Shown: positions 44,838 to 58,585 of the stretch, one piece after another
How the letters are laid out: each line of letters starts with the position of its first letter
Position numbering within the stretch: position 1 is the first letter of the stretch
Assembly: GCF_003918875.1 (NCBI RefSeq)
Contig: NW_025767135.1
Coordinates: forward strand, 806,001 to 870,000
Length of the DNA stretch: 64,000 nucleotides
Direction: 5' to 3'
Origin: Haliotis rubra
Lineage: Eukaryota
The notes under the pieces: model-generated
What the model was told of the DNA's origin: nothing
Seen by the model: the letters and a program-made list of their open reading frames with translations, nothing else
Database searches by the model: none
Position numbers and translations under genes: made by a program

Positions 44838-47800
44838 TCCAGCGAGTGCCTCTTCCGGAACCCGATGTAAAAAACCCGATATGAAAAATAAAAATGTTTG
44901 TATACGGGTCCTTGTGCCTTGAAATTACTGCGACTGTCAACGTGACCAACTTTTGATTTATTGTCTCGAGTTATGGATCTTAATAACATAATTTATCCAA
45001 ATGAGTACCCATTTTGAGACTCTAAATACGATGATGATCAGTGTGTCATGTTCCATGCTCCACCACGGAGAGATGAAGCGTAAGTAGAGCAACTATCTAT
45101 TCTTCTCTATGCTCTACTCTCGGTGCTCTATAACTCAACGATTGTCAAGTGGATTTCTTTGAAATCCTATACAATCATTTTATCTAAATACGTAGGAACC
45201 AGTGTTAGTGTACGTTATGTGACTGGATAGATACTTTCTCGCTCATATGGGCAATATGAATTTGCTTTTTACAACCACAAGATAAAGCTAGTTTAATTAT
45301 TCATACACAATGTGTGATAGTGTCTAGACTTATGTCCGTTTGTATTGACATTGATATTTAGATATATTATATGCAAATGAGATCTCACATTCCATAATTT
45401 ATTGAGCGTCATAGAAACGATTTTTCCGATACATATGATGATTATCATGTTTTCAAAGTTATTCTTTTTAATTTATCCAGTGGGTGCCTCTTCAGGAACC
45501 CGATATCAAAACTGAAAAATAAGAACGTTTGTTTACGGGTCCTTGTGCCTTGAAAATACTGCGACAGTCAGCGTCACCAACTTTTGAATTATTGTCTCGA
45601 GTTATGGATGTTAATAATATAATTTATTTAAATGAGAAGTCAGAAAGTCTAAATACGATGATGCTCAGTGTGTCATGTTCTATGCTCCACCACGGAGAGA
45701 TTTGTTTCAGTCTCACCTTATGAGGGGCAATGGTGGCAATTAGCTGTGCAGAGTTGCGTCCCTTCTGCACCTTACAAACATGTGATCGTGGATTCCCGGT
45801 ATGTCAGCTTGTTTCTTCACCTGTCAGCAAAGTAGTAAATGTCTGGGACCTGCGTCACTTTGGATTTTCCTTTCACATTAATTTGACACGTCCTGTTAAA
45901 ACATTTGTTCAAACCTAACACCTCCAAAATAAAAATATCATACATTTGTCTTTAACAGAACATGATAACACATTATCCATTCCAATAATTTCAGTTTCCG
46001 TTTTAATGAGATATAATGTATTACATTATATTTCGACAGCACAATATAAGTTTTATCACCTACCCGGTATTTGTAAGTGCTTACACGAGTTAATGGATGA
46101 GTTTGGTGGGTACTGTTTTTATCAACATTTCAACTATTAATTATGATAAACGTTGATTCGTACCCACGTTCCTAAATGTCAGGCATGCATGACCGACGCA
46201 GTTCTGGACAGGGAATTGTGGCTTTCTATACGAGCGTGCCAACAGTGCTCATTGTGAAATGACAAATTGCAAAGTGTGACGGATCAAGCAATGCAGCACA
46301 AGTGAAGTTAAACTATTTTGGGCAAGCTTCTTTTTAGAATTAAAGGAAACCATGATGTACAAAATGTATTGATTGGGGTATATAACCCTGGGATGAAGAG
46401 TTGTTGATTATATTTCAGTGGTGAAGATGCATTTGGGATAGGGGGTCAGGTTCGATGACTTAGTAGACACATGTCATCGTATTTCAGTTGCACAGACCGA
46501 ATCTCACGATCGTTTGATTGTCTGGTCCACACTCGATTACTTTCAGACCGTCGCCATATATGTAGCATTAAACAACAAACAAACAAAGAATATACTGTTT
46601 TGTCATGATAAAAGCATAAGTAGAGCAACTATCTATTGTTCTCTATGCTCTACTCGGTGCTCTATAACTCAACGAATGTGAAATGGATTTCTTTGAAATC
46701 CTATACAATCATTTTATCTAAATACGTAGGAACCAGTGTTAGTGTACGTTATGTGACTGGATAGATACTTTCTCGCTCATATGGACAATATGAATTTGCT
46801 TTTTACAACCACAAGATAAAGCTAGTTTAATTATTCATACACGATGTGTGATAGTGTCTAGACTTATGGCCGTTTGTATTGACATTGATATTTAGATATA
46901 TTATATGCAAATGAGATCTCACATTCCATAATTTATTGAGCGTCATAGAAACGATTTTTCCGATACATATGATGATTATCATGTTTTCAAAGTTATTCTT
47001 TTTAATTTATCCAGTGGGTGCCTCTTCAGGAACCCGATATCAAAACTGAAAAATAAGAACGTTTGTTTACGGGTCCTTGTGCCTTGAAAATACTGCGACA
47101 GTCAGCGTCACCAACTTTTGAATTATTGTCTCGAGTTATGGATGTTAATAATATAATTTATTTAAATGAGAAGTCAGAAAGTCTAAATACGATGATGCTC
47201 AGTGTGTCATGTTCTATGCTCCACCACGGAGAGATTTGTTTCAGTCTCACCTTATGAGGGGCAATGGTGGCAATTAGCTGTGCAGAGTTGCGTCCCTTCT
47301 GCACCTTACAAACATGTGATCGTGGATTCCCGGTATGTCAGCTTGTTTCTTCACCTGTCAGCAAAGTAGTAAATGTCTGGGACCTGCGTCACTTTGGATT
47401 TTCCTTTCACATTAATTTGACACGTCCTGTTAAAACATTTGTTCAAACCTAACACACTCAAAATAAAAATATCATACATTTGTCTTTAACAGAACATGAT
47501 AACACATTATCCATTCCAATAATTTCGGATTTCCGTTTTAATGAGATATAATGTATTACATTATATTTCGACAGCACAATATAAGTTTTATCACCTACCC
47601 GGTATTTGTAAGTGCTTACACGAGTTAATGGATGAGTTTGGTGGGTACTGTTTTTATCAACATTTCAACTATTAATTATGATAAACGTTGATTCGTACCC
47701 ACGTTCCTAAATGTCAGGCATGCATGACCGACGCAGTTCTGGACAGGGAATTGTGGCTTTCTATACGAGCGTGCCAACAGTGCTCATTGTGAAATGACAA

Positions 47801-50800
47801 ATTGCAAAGTGTGACGGATCAAGCAATGCAGCACAAGTGAAGTTAAACTATTTTGGGCAAGCTTCTTTTAGAATTAAAGGAAACCATGATGTACAAAAAT
47901 GTATTGATTGGGGGTATAACCCTGGGATGAAGAGTTGTTGATTATATTTAGGTGGTGAAGATGCATTTGGGATAGGGGGGTCAGGTTCGATGACTTAGTT
48001 GACACATGTCATCGTATTTCAGTTGCACAGACCGAATCTCACGATCGTTTGATTGTCTGGTCCACACTCAATTACTTTCAGACCGTCGCCATATATGTAG
48101 CATTAAACAACAAACAAACAAAGAATATACTGTTTTGTCATGATAAAAGCATAAGTAGAGCAACTATCTATTGTTCTCTATGCTCTACTCTCGGTGCTCT
48201 ACTCAACGAATGTGAAATGGATTTCTTTGAAATCCTATACAATCATTTTATCTAAATACGTAGGAACCAGTGTTAGTGTACTTTATGTGACTGGATAGAT
48301 ACTTTCTCGCTCATATGGGCAATATGAATTTGCTTTTTACAACCACAAGATAAAGCTAGTTTAATTATTCATACACGATGTGTGATAGTGTCTAGACTTA
48401 TGGCCGTTTGTATTGACATTGATATTTAGATATATTATATGCAAATGAGATCTCACATTCCATAATTTATTGAGCGTCATAGAAACGATTTTTTGGATAT
48501 GTGTGATGATTATCATGTTTTCAAAGTTATTCTTTTAATTTATCCAGTGGGTGCCTCTTCAGGAACCCGATATCAAAACTGAAAAATAAGAACGTTTGTT
48601 TACGGGTCCTTGTGCCTTGAAAATACTGCGACTGTCAGCGTCACCAACTTTTGATTTATTGTCTTGAGTTATGGATATTGATAATATAATTTATGGTAAA
48701 GAGTACCTATTGTTACTATAAGTACAATAATGCTCGGTGTGTCATGTTCTATGCTCCACCACGGAGAGATTTGTTTCAGTCTCACCTTATGAGGGGCAAT
48801 GGTGGCAATTAGCTGTGCAGAGTTGCGTCCCTTCTGCACCTTAGAAACATGTGATCGTGGATTCCCGGTATGTCAGCTTGTTTCTTCAGCTGTCAGCAAA
48901 GTAGTAAATGTCTGGGACCTGCGTCACTTTGGATTTTCCTCTCACATTAATTTGACACGTCCTGTTAAAACATCTGTTCAAATCTAACACACTCAAAGTG
49001 AAAATATCATTTGTCTTTAACAGAATATAGATAATATATTATCCATTCCAATAATTTCGGATTTCCGTTTTAATGAGATATAACGTATTACATTTTATTT
49101 CCCACGTGGTCAATGTATGGGTAGTTGCATATTAATCTCGTACGTCACACGAGTGTCGTATCGCGTTGACCTGTGTCGTAACGACTTGACCTGAAATTCT
49201 AACGATTTGATTGGATAACCGATGACCTCTCAATTAGGTCACATTCTGACGTAACTATTTTTTCATTCATAACAAGCACGTGAATTCATTCATTCTACAA
49301 CTTAAATGCATTGTGGGAATGTAAACATTGCGAACGTTGCCGTGTCGCTGTTTAATTGTGAGTCGAACTGAGACATTATATCCGTCGAAAAACATAAACG
49401 CAATGTTTCCACCAGTGATGTTAGCCGAATGAAGCAACTGGAAACCAAGAAACGAGGTGCAACGGAGTAGTTTACTGTAGGAGGCTGTACGAGGCGATGA
49501 CAACTGACATGCATCGTGACGTCGGTTACCATGGCAGTGACGTCATTAGTGTGACGTCATGCAAATATTGTACTACAGTACAAAACTCTTCCGCAACCTC
49601 TTTATGAAACCGGTTTCGGTTTGAAACCAAAAACATAACAAAAATACGCTATTTTGTCAATTTAAATGCATGTAAGACGTGGGTAATAAATAAAATATTA
49701 CACTCGGTTCATTACATACGAATTATACGAACTGTGACCTTCCTATAGTTATCTGACCTCGCTTTCGCTCGGTCAGATACCATAGGAAGGACACTCGTTT
49801 CGTATAATTCGTAAGTAATGAGACCTCGTGTAGTATTCTCTATATATTTCGACAGCTCAATATAAGTTTTATTACATACCCGGTATTTGTAAGTGCTTAC
49901 ACGAGTTAGTGGATGAGTTTGGTGGGTACTGTTTTTATCAACATTTCAACTATTAATTATGATAAACGCTGATTCGTACCCACGGTCCTTAATGTCAGGC
50001 ATGCATGACCTACGCAGTTCTGGACAGGGAACTGTGGCTTTCTATACGAGCGCGCCAACAGTGCTCATTGTGAAATGACAAATTGCAAAGTGTGACGGAT
50101 CAAGCAATGCAGCACAAGTGAAGTTAAACTATTTTGGGCAAGCTTCTTTTAGAATTAAAGGAAACCATGATGTACAAAAATGTATTGATTGGGGGTATAA
50201 CCGTTGGATGAAGAGTTGTTGATTATGTTTCAATGCTGAAAGTGCATTTGGGATAGGGGGGTCAGGCTAGATGACTTAGTTGACACATGTCATCGTATTT
50301 CAGTTGCACAGACCGATTCTCACGATCGTTTGATTGTCTGGTCCACACTCAATTACTTTCAGACCGCCGCCATATATGCAGAATTAAATAACAAACAAAG
50401 AATATACTGTTTTGTCATGATAAAAGCATAAGTAGAGCAACTATCTATTGTTCTCTATGCTCTACTCTCGGTGCTCTACTCAACGAATGTGAAATGGATT
50501 TCTTTGAAATCCTATACAATCATTTTATCTAAATACGTAGGAACCAGTGTTAGTGTACGTTATGTGACTGGATAGATACATTCTCGCTCATATGGGCAAT
50601 ATGAATTTGCTTTTTACAACCACAAGATAAAGCTAGTTTAATTATTCATACACGATGTGTGATAGTGTCTAGACTTATGTCCGTTTGTATTGACATTGAT
50701 ATTTAGATATTATATGCAAATGAGATCTCACATTCCATAATTTATTGAGCGTCATAGAAACGATTTTTTTTTTATATGTGTGATGATTTTCATGTTTTCA

Positions 50801-53800
50801 AAGTTATTCTTTTTAATTTATCCAGTGGGTGCCTCTTCAGGAACCCGATATTATAACTGAAAAATAAGAACGTTTGTTTATGGGTCCTTGTGCCGTGAAA
50901 ATACTGCGACTGTCAGCATCACCAACTTTTGATTTAATGTTTCCAGTTATAGATGTTAATAGTATACTTTATCCAAATGAGAAGTCAGAAAGTCTAAATA
51001 CGATGATGCTCAGTGTGTCATGTTCTATGCTCCACCACGGAGAGATTTGTTTCAGCCTCACCTCATGAGGGGCAATGGTGGCAATTAGCTGTGCAGAGTT
51101 GCGTCCCTTCTGCACCTTACAAACATGTGATCGTGGGTTCCCGGTATGTCAGCTTGTTTCTTCAGCTGTCAGCAAAGTCGTAAATGTCTGGTACCTGCGT
51201 CACTTTGGATTTTCCTCTCACATTAATTTGACACGTCCTGTTAAAACATTTGTTAAAATCTAACACACTCAAAATAAAAATATCATCCATTTGTCTTTAA
51301 CAGAACATGAAAACACATTATCCATTCCAGTAATATCGGATTTCTGTTTTAATGACTGACTGACTGAGTTTGGATTTACGCCGCTTTTAGCAATATTCCA
51401 GCAACATCACGGCGGGGGACACCAGAAATGGGCTTCACACATTGTACCCATGTGGGGATTCGAACCCGGGTCTTCGGCGTGACAAGCCAACCCGTTTTAA
51501 TGAGATATAATGTATGACATTATATTTCGACAGAACAATATACGTTTTATTACATACCCGGGTAAGTGCTTAAACGAGTTAATGGATGAGTTTGGTGGGT
51601 ACTGTTTTTATCAACATTTCAACTATTAACTATGATAAACGTTGATTCGTACCCACGGCCCTTAATATCAGGCATGCATGACCGACGCAGTTCTGGACAG
51701 GGAATTGTGGCTTTCTATACGAGCGTGCCAACAGTGCTCATTGTGAAATGACAAATTGCAAAGTGTGACGGATCAAGCAATGCAGCACAAGTGAAGTTAA
51801 ACTATTTTGGGCAAGCTTCTTTTAGAATTAAAGGAAACCATGATGTACAAAAATGTATTGATTGGGGGTATGAAGAGTTGTTGATTGTATTTCAATGGTG
51901 AAGATGCATTTGGGATAGGGGGGTCAGGTTCGATGACTTAGTTGACACATGTCATCGTATTTCAGTTGCACAGACCGAATCTCACGATCGTTTGATTGTC
52001 TGGTCCACACTCGATTACTTTCAGACCGTCGCCATATATGTAGCATTAAACAACAAACAAACAAAGAATATACTGTTTTGTCATGATAAAAGCATAAGTA
52101 GAGCAACTATCTATTGTTCTCTATGCTCTACTCTCGGTGCTCTACTCAACGAATGTGAAATGGATTTCTTTGAAATCCTATACAATCATTTTATCTAAAT
52201 ACGTAGGAACCAGTGTTAGTGTACGTTATGTGACTGGATAGATACTTTCTCGCTCATATGGGCAATATGAATTTGCTTTTTACAACCACAAGATAAAGCT
52301 AGTTTAATTATTCATACACGATGTGTGATAGTGTCTAGACTTATGGCCGTTTGTATTGACATTGATATTTAGATATATTATATGCAAATGAGATCTCACA
52401 TTCCATAATTTATTGAGCGTCATAGAAACGATTTTTTGGATATGTGTGATGATTATCATGTTTTCAAAGTTATTCTTTTTAATTTATCCAGTGGGTGCCT
52501 CTTCAGGAACCCGATATCAAAACTGAAAAATAAGAACGTTTGTTTACGGGTCCTTGTGCCTTGAAAATACTGCGACTGTCAGCATCACCAACTTTTGATT
52601 TATTGTCTTGAGTTATGGATATTAATAATATAATTTATGGTAAAGAGTACCTATTTTGACTATAAGTACAATGATGCTCAGTGTGTCATGTTCTATGCTC
52701 CACCACGGAGAGATTTGTTTCAGTCTCACCTCATGAGGGGCAATGGTGGCAATTAGCTGTGCAGAGTTGCGTCCCTTCTGCACCTTAGAAACATGTGATC
52801 GTGGATTCCCGGTATGTCAGCTTGTTTCTTCACCTGTCAGCAAAGTAGTAAATGTCTGGGACCTGCGTCACTTTGGATTTTCCTCTCACATTAATTTGAC
52901 ACGTCCTGTTAAAACATTTGTTAAAATCTAACACACTCAAAATAAAAATATCATGCATTTGTCTTTAACAGAACATGAAAACACATTATCCATTCCAGTA
53001 ATATCGGATTTCTGTTTTAATGACTGACTGACTGAGTTTGGATTTACGCCGCTTTTAGCAATATTCCAGCAACATCACGGCGGGGGACACCAGAAATGGG
53101 CTTCACACATTGTACCCATGTGGGGATTCGAACCCGGGTCTTCGGCGTGACAAGTCAACCCGTTTTAATGAGATATAATGTATGACATTATATTTCGACA
53201 GCACAATATACGTTTTATTACATACCCGGGTAAGTGCTTAAACGAGTTAATGGATGAATTTGGTGGGTACTGTTTTTATCAACATTTCAACTATTAACTA
53301 TGATAAACGTTGATTCGTTCCCACGGTCCTTAATATCAGGCATGCATGACCGACGCAGTTCTGGACAGGGAATTGTGGCTTTCTATACGAGCGTGCCAAC
53401 AGTGCTCATTGTGAAATGACAAATTGCAAAGTGTGACGTATCAAGCAATGCAGCACAAGTGAAGTTAAACTATTTTGGGCAAGCTTCTTTTAGAATTAAA
53501 GGAAACCATGATGTACAAAAATGTATTGATTGGGGGTATAACCGTTGGATGAAGAGTTGTTGATTATATTTCAATGGTGAAGATACATTTGGGATAGGGG
53601 GGTCAGGTTTGATGACTTAGTTGACACATGTCATCGTATTTCAGTTGCACAGACCGATTCACACGACCGTTTGATTGTCTGGTCCACACTCAATTACTTT
53701 CAGACCGCCGCCATATATGCAGAATTAAATAACAAACAAAGAATATACTGTTTTGTCATGATAAAAGCATAAGTAGAGCAACTATCTATTGTTCTCCATG

Positions 53801-55210
53801 CTCTACTCTCTGTGCTCTACTCAACGAATGTGAAATGGATTTCTTTGAAATCTTATACAATCATTTTATCTAAATACGTAGGAACCAGTGTTAGTGTACG
53901 TTATGTGACTGGATATATACTTTCTTGCTCATATGGACAATATGAATTTGCTTTTTACAACCACAAGATAAAGCTAGTTTAATTATGCATACACGATGTG
54001 TAATAGTGTCTGGACTTATGGCCGTTTGTGGATTAAATAACAAACAAAGAATATACTGTTTTGTCATGATAAAAGCATAAAATAGAGCAACTATCTATTG
54101 TTCTCTATGCTCTACTCTCGGTGCTCTACTCAACGAATGTGAAATGGATTTCTTTGAAATCCTATACAATCATTTTATCTAAATACGTAGGAACCAGTGT
54201 TAGTGTACGTTATGTGACTGGATAGATACTTTCTCGCTCATATGGACAATATGAATTTGCTTTTACAACCACAAGATAAAGCTAGTTTAATTATTCATAC
54301 ACAATGTGTGATAGTGTCTAGACTTATGTCCGTTTGTATTGACATTGATATTTAGATATATTATATGCAAATGAGATCTCACATTCCATAATTTATTGAG
54401 CGTCATAGAAACGATTTTTCCGATACATATGATGATTATCATGTTTTCAAAGTTATTCTTTTTAATTTATCCAGTGGGTGCCTCTTCAGGAACCCGATAT
54501 CAAAACTGAAAAATAAGAACGTTTGTTTACGGGTCCTTGTGCCTTGAAAATACTGCGACTGTCAGCATCACCAACTTTTGATTTATTGTCTCCAGTTATA
54601 GATGTTAATAATATACTTTATCCAAATGAGAAGTCAGAAAGTCTAAATACGATGATGCTCAGTGTGTCATGTTCTATGCTCCACCACGGAGAGATTTCTT
54701 TCAGCCTCACCTCATGAGGGGCAATAGTGGCAATTAGCTGTGCAGAGTTGCGTCCCTTCTACACCTTTGAAACATGTGATCGTGGGTTCCCGGTATGTCA
54801 GCTTGTTTCTTCAGCTGTCAGCAAAGTAGTAAATGTCTGGGACCTGCGTCATTTTGGATTTTCCTCTCACATTAATTTGACACGTCCTGTTAAAACATTT
54901 GTTGAAACCTAAATTCTGTTTCCATGAGATATAATGTATTACATTATATTTCTACAGCACATAAATGTCAGGCAAATGAATGAGGCAATCGTGGACAGCG
55001 AATTGCGTCTTTCTGACAGCAGTGGATGACAAATTGCTCCAAGTATGAATGATCCAATAAGGCCGCACGAATGAATTTAAACTATTCTAGGCAAGCTTCT
55101 TTGTAAATTATAGAAAACAATGATGTACAGCAACGTTTTGCTAGGTGTATACCCATGGGATGAAGAGTTGTTCGTTATAATTGGATGAGGATGATGTAAA
55201 ATATTTGGGA
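44838..55210. repeat. Tandem array of a ~1.53-kb unit, six copies plus diverged ends
   Basis: An anchor (ggagagattt.tttcag.ctcacc) recurs at ~45696, 47230, 48765, 51041, 52709 and 54690. Spacing differences are explained by the 749-bp insertion, SINE insertions and an internal duplication at ~54030. Confidence 0.96.
49094..49842. mobile_element. 749-bp non-autonomous insertion without TSD, with a long 3' hairpin (Crypton- or Helentron-like; family uncertain)
   Basis: Absent from sister array units, whose empty site is tattacat|tatatttcgac. ~65-bp-arm hairpin at 49695-49836. The 5' end is mirrored at ~49678-49696. Confidence 0.8.
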
Positions 55211-55355
55211 ACATGTATGAGAATTGTATGTCTGTTTCAATTTATCAGCCGGCTTTACATGGTCATGAGAGAAAAATGTTGGAAAGAAGTTCAGTAACCC
55301 AAACAGAATTGATTCAGTTTCGTAAGATAATGCTGGAACTCTGCGCTTGAAACAT

Positions 55356-55668
55356 TAATAATAATAATAATGCTAATTTTTGCGCCTAGAATCCAACGCG
55401 ATGCTGTTCTCTGGTGTTACATTATTACCCTGACGGAATTGTACTTTCAAAGTTGCTATTAAGCGCTAAGCGCGACCGCATAGGTCCGCTTTTCAGGCAC
55501 TAATTTTAAACAGCTGGGTGGACTGAGTGCAATGTGGACGAAGTGCCTTGCCCAGGGACACAACGCAGTGTGAGACCCAGGTCAGAAATTTTGGTGTCTC
55601 CACCGGGATTCGAACCCGGGCATTTGGCGTGAGAGGCCAGCATGCTAACCACTACACCACTGCGCTCC
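55356..55668 (-). mobile_element. SINE family D (tRNA head, CORE-like domain, (TTA)n tail)
   Basis: A box tggtgtagtggtt, B box gggttcgaatccc, CORE-like ttgtgtccctgggcaaggcactt, (tta)n end. Confidence 0.75.
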
Positions 55669-55862
55669 ACCTTATTTGCTGTAAACTCGAAGACATGAAG
55701 TTTAAACCTTTTCATGACAGATAACAGGAATCGAATCCTCAACTTTCTGATCAGTAGTAACACACTCCAACCATAAGATCACAGAGGGTGTTTAACGTAC
55801 ATTTCATGACCAGATATCGGGTACAAGCTTAATCTGTCGTAACGCATGTATTTGAACAAATA

Positions 55863-55990
55863 TACTCATGCCAATCATGGTTGTCACCCCCTTCAATTCT
55901 TTTAATTGGAGAAGGAGTGTGGTGTGGGGGTGTGAGGTGTGTGTGGGGTTGGGGTGGGGATGGGGGTGATAACCATTATTGGCATGAGTA
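55863..55990. mobile_element. TA-flanked MITE, same family as 38851-38976
   Basis: tactcatgccaatcatggttgtcacccc / gggggtgataaccattattggcatgagta, TA on both sides. Confidence 0.82.
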
Positions 55991-56623
55991 TATTAATAAA
56001 CGTAGTTTGCCATATGGGTTTGGTTTGAATGTGTAAACCATCACAGAATTGACCTCCTTAATAATTTTAAACTTAACCCTAAACATCGGAGTCATGATTT
56101 TCCACTACATGCGTTGTTGCTTGTGGATTCCAATGTTGAAAGTAATGCAGTGTCTAAATTTAGACTGAGCTGAGTATCCAGGTTAAGATATGATCTTCAC
56201 ACAATTGCTTGTAAATTGAGAGGCAACGTGAGAGGAGAGACAACACCATACCACTTGTAGACTAGTGGTTTCTGACTCGTCAGAGAGATGAACCTAACCA
56301 AAGCTATAACCAGCCACAACCTATATTGTTTATTATGGTACATATCTACCTTTTAGGAGAAACAAGGTTGTGGTCGCATAAAATAGGTATGGCACGTGGT
56401 AACCAACATGTTGCCATAGCAAGACATGAAAATTTACACGAAATGTGTGAGAACTTCTGATATTTTTATAATATATTTCAACAAAACTGATTAAATTAAA
56501 AGACATGATTTGACTAATTTTTCAGCAAAACTTTTTGTAATAGTTGTATTTCGTTCACCAAAAATGAAATTTTAGCCAAAATTGCAAATTCATGTGTTTT
56601 CAAAACTCACCAAAAGAATAAAT

Positions 56624-58148
56624 AAACTCTGTCAAAAGAAACGCAACCCCTGTCCTCAGATATGAAAAATTCGTTTGAATGAAGTTATTGCTTCCAAACT
56701 AAATTTTATTCGAATGTATTGAAATGATACACGTAATTAATGAAGATTACCATCCAAACAACTGCATTTGTACGCATAAGTGTATTTTGTTGCTTATTCC
56801 GTCACAACGCATGAAATGACCCTCATGGTGACTTCGCACAAAAAAACACATGCAAATCATGAAAATGGCAGTTAATGTAGGGGTGTATAAAGCCCATGTG
56901 CTTCCGTATTATATTCATTCATTTGTCGCCGAAAAGCTGTGTTAAAAATGCCACGATTGAGTGCTGCCGACCGAAATATCGCCATTGGTCGTGTTCAAGC
57001 CGGAGAAAGTTTTGGAACTGTTGCACGGCACCTAAATGTTCACAAAACAACGATATCCCGACTTTGGAGCCGCTACAACAACTTCAATTTGACCAACGAT
57101 CGCCCGAGAAGTGGAAGGCCAAGAATCACGACCCCCGTCAAGATCGGTACATCCGGGTCCATCACCTGCGTAATCGGCATGCCCTACCAACCGTGACTGC
57201 CACACAAATACCAGGTTTGAGGAGAGTGTCAGCTCAAACGATTAGGAACCGTCTGAAAAGAAGCGGGTTTACGTGCCTGTAGACCAGTTGTTGGACCTGG
57301 TACTACGCCCCCTACATCGACGCCGACGACTCAGGTGGTGCAACAACGTAAGGATACGGACTTTACAAAACTGGAGGCGAATCTGGTTTTCTGATGAATC
57401 ACGTTTTCTTTTGCAAAGTCACGACGGAAGACAGCGTCTGTATAGGAGACGTCATAAACGTTTTGCGCCCATCTGCGTCCGACAGGTGGACAGATTTGGC
57501 GGAGAAAGCGTTATGGTTTGGGGAACCATCTCATACAACTAGAAATCAGACTTGGTGATCGTTCCAGGGAACCTGACAGCCCAACGTTACATCAACCACG
57601 TGTTAGAGCTTCACCTTCTCCCGATTATTGACCAACAGACACAGATTTTTCAACGGGACAACGCCCGGCCTCATACTGCACGTGCAACAATGAACTTTCT
57701 GCAGAATTCCAACGTCAATGTCTTGCCATGACCCATCTAAATCACCAGACCTCAACCCTATTGAACACCTGTGGATACTCTGGATCGACGCGTACGTCAA
57801 CGTCAGCCGCCGCCACAGACGCTGCAACAGCTCGCCGTTGCACTGCAGGAGGAGTGGAGAGCCATTCCCCAGGAAAGAATCCGGCGTCTTATCCGTTCTT
57901 GTCCAAGGAGATGCCGTGCAGTGATTGCAGCGCGTGGTGCTCATACGAGATACTGAGAAAGACGCCCCTGGTGACAAACTGGTGTCTGTGAGATGACTTT
58001 TGAAATGACAATTTTAAACATGCCCATCTGGGTTATTATTCTGCCAAATTTCAGACTTCTGTCTTAAATAATAAAATGCCGTGTCGTCCTAAAACTTCAG
58101 ATCAAAATCTCTAAAAATACAGGGGTTGCGTTTCTTTTGACAGAGTTT
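56624..58148 (+). mobile_element. Tc1 (DD34E) DNA transposon, decayed
   Basis: Perfect ~29-bp TIRs aaactctgtcaaaagaaacgcaacccctgt / acaggggttgcgtttcttttgacagagttt, with TA on the right flank. Confidence 0.93.
56948..57956 (+). pseudogene. Tc1 DD34E transposase pseudogene
   Basis: MPRLS...SGRPRITT, WFSDESRF, VMVWGTIS, FQRDNARPH...SPDLNPIEHLW (34 residues between D and E), ending GAHTRY. It has frameshifts and in-frame stops near 57540 and 57729. Confidence 0.93.
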
Positions 58149-58399
58149 TACATGAATACGATTCTGTCCATTAGATTGTTTAAAGCTTAACAACGCATGA
58201 AGTTCCTTTTCTTTGTAGTAGGCTAATAGTTCGCTAGTAGACCAACAAACCATTTCAAATCAAATACGACACCTGGTCCTTATTATTTACCTTGTACTTT
58301 GCATTTTTCTAAAAAAAATATACATTCAGACTATATACAAATACACTACATACAAAAATCTCCTTGACAGTAACCTGAAATATCAGTTTCAATAAATAT

Positions 58400-58585
58400 T
58401 TACAAGTGAGGAGCTTAAGTTTTTCAGAGATTCATTTTATTTAGTAAAGGTACGTCACCCGAGGCTGTAGTTGGAGAAGTTGGTCAATAATCAATGTGTG
58501 TCATGTTTGTTTGCTGCTGTATAAAGTATTAGTGTAGGCTGGTGAATATACCCGTCACGTCTTTCCCGGCCTGCCATGTCATGCT
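58400..58585 (+). pseudogene. LINE ORF2 C-terminal remnant
   Basis: KGTSPEAVVGEVG...CIKY*CRL resembles the TPN.AVYGELGR..RCIKYW.RL region of LINE ORF2; contains stops. Confidence 0.4.

Noticed and set aside
45529-45918. Repeated ORFs MFTGPCALK... and MVAISCAEL... in the array
   Set aside because: Short, with no domain. One is disrupted in units 3 and 5, the ATG of the other is lost in unit 6, and recurrence simply reflects recent duplication.
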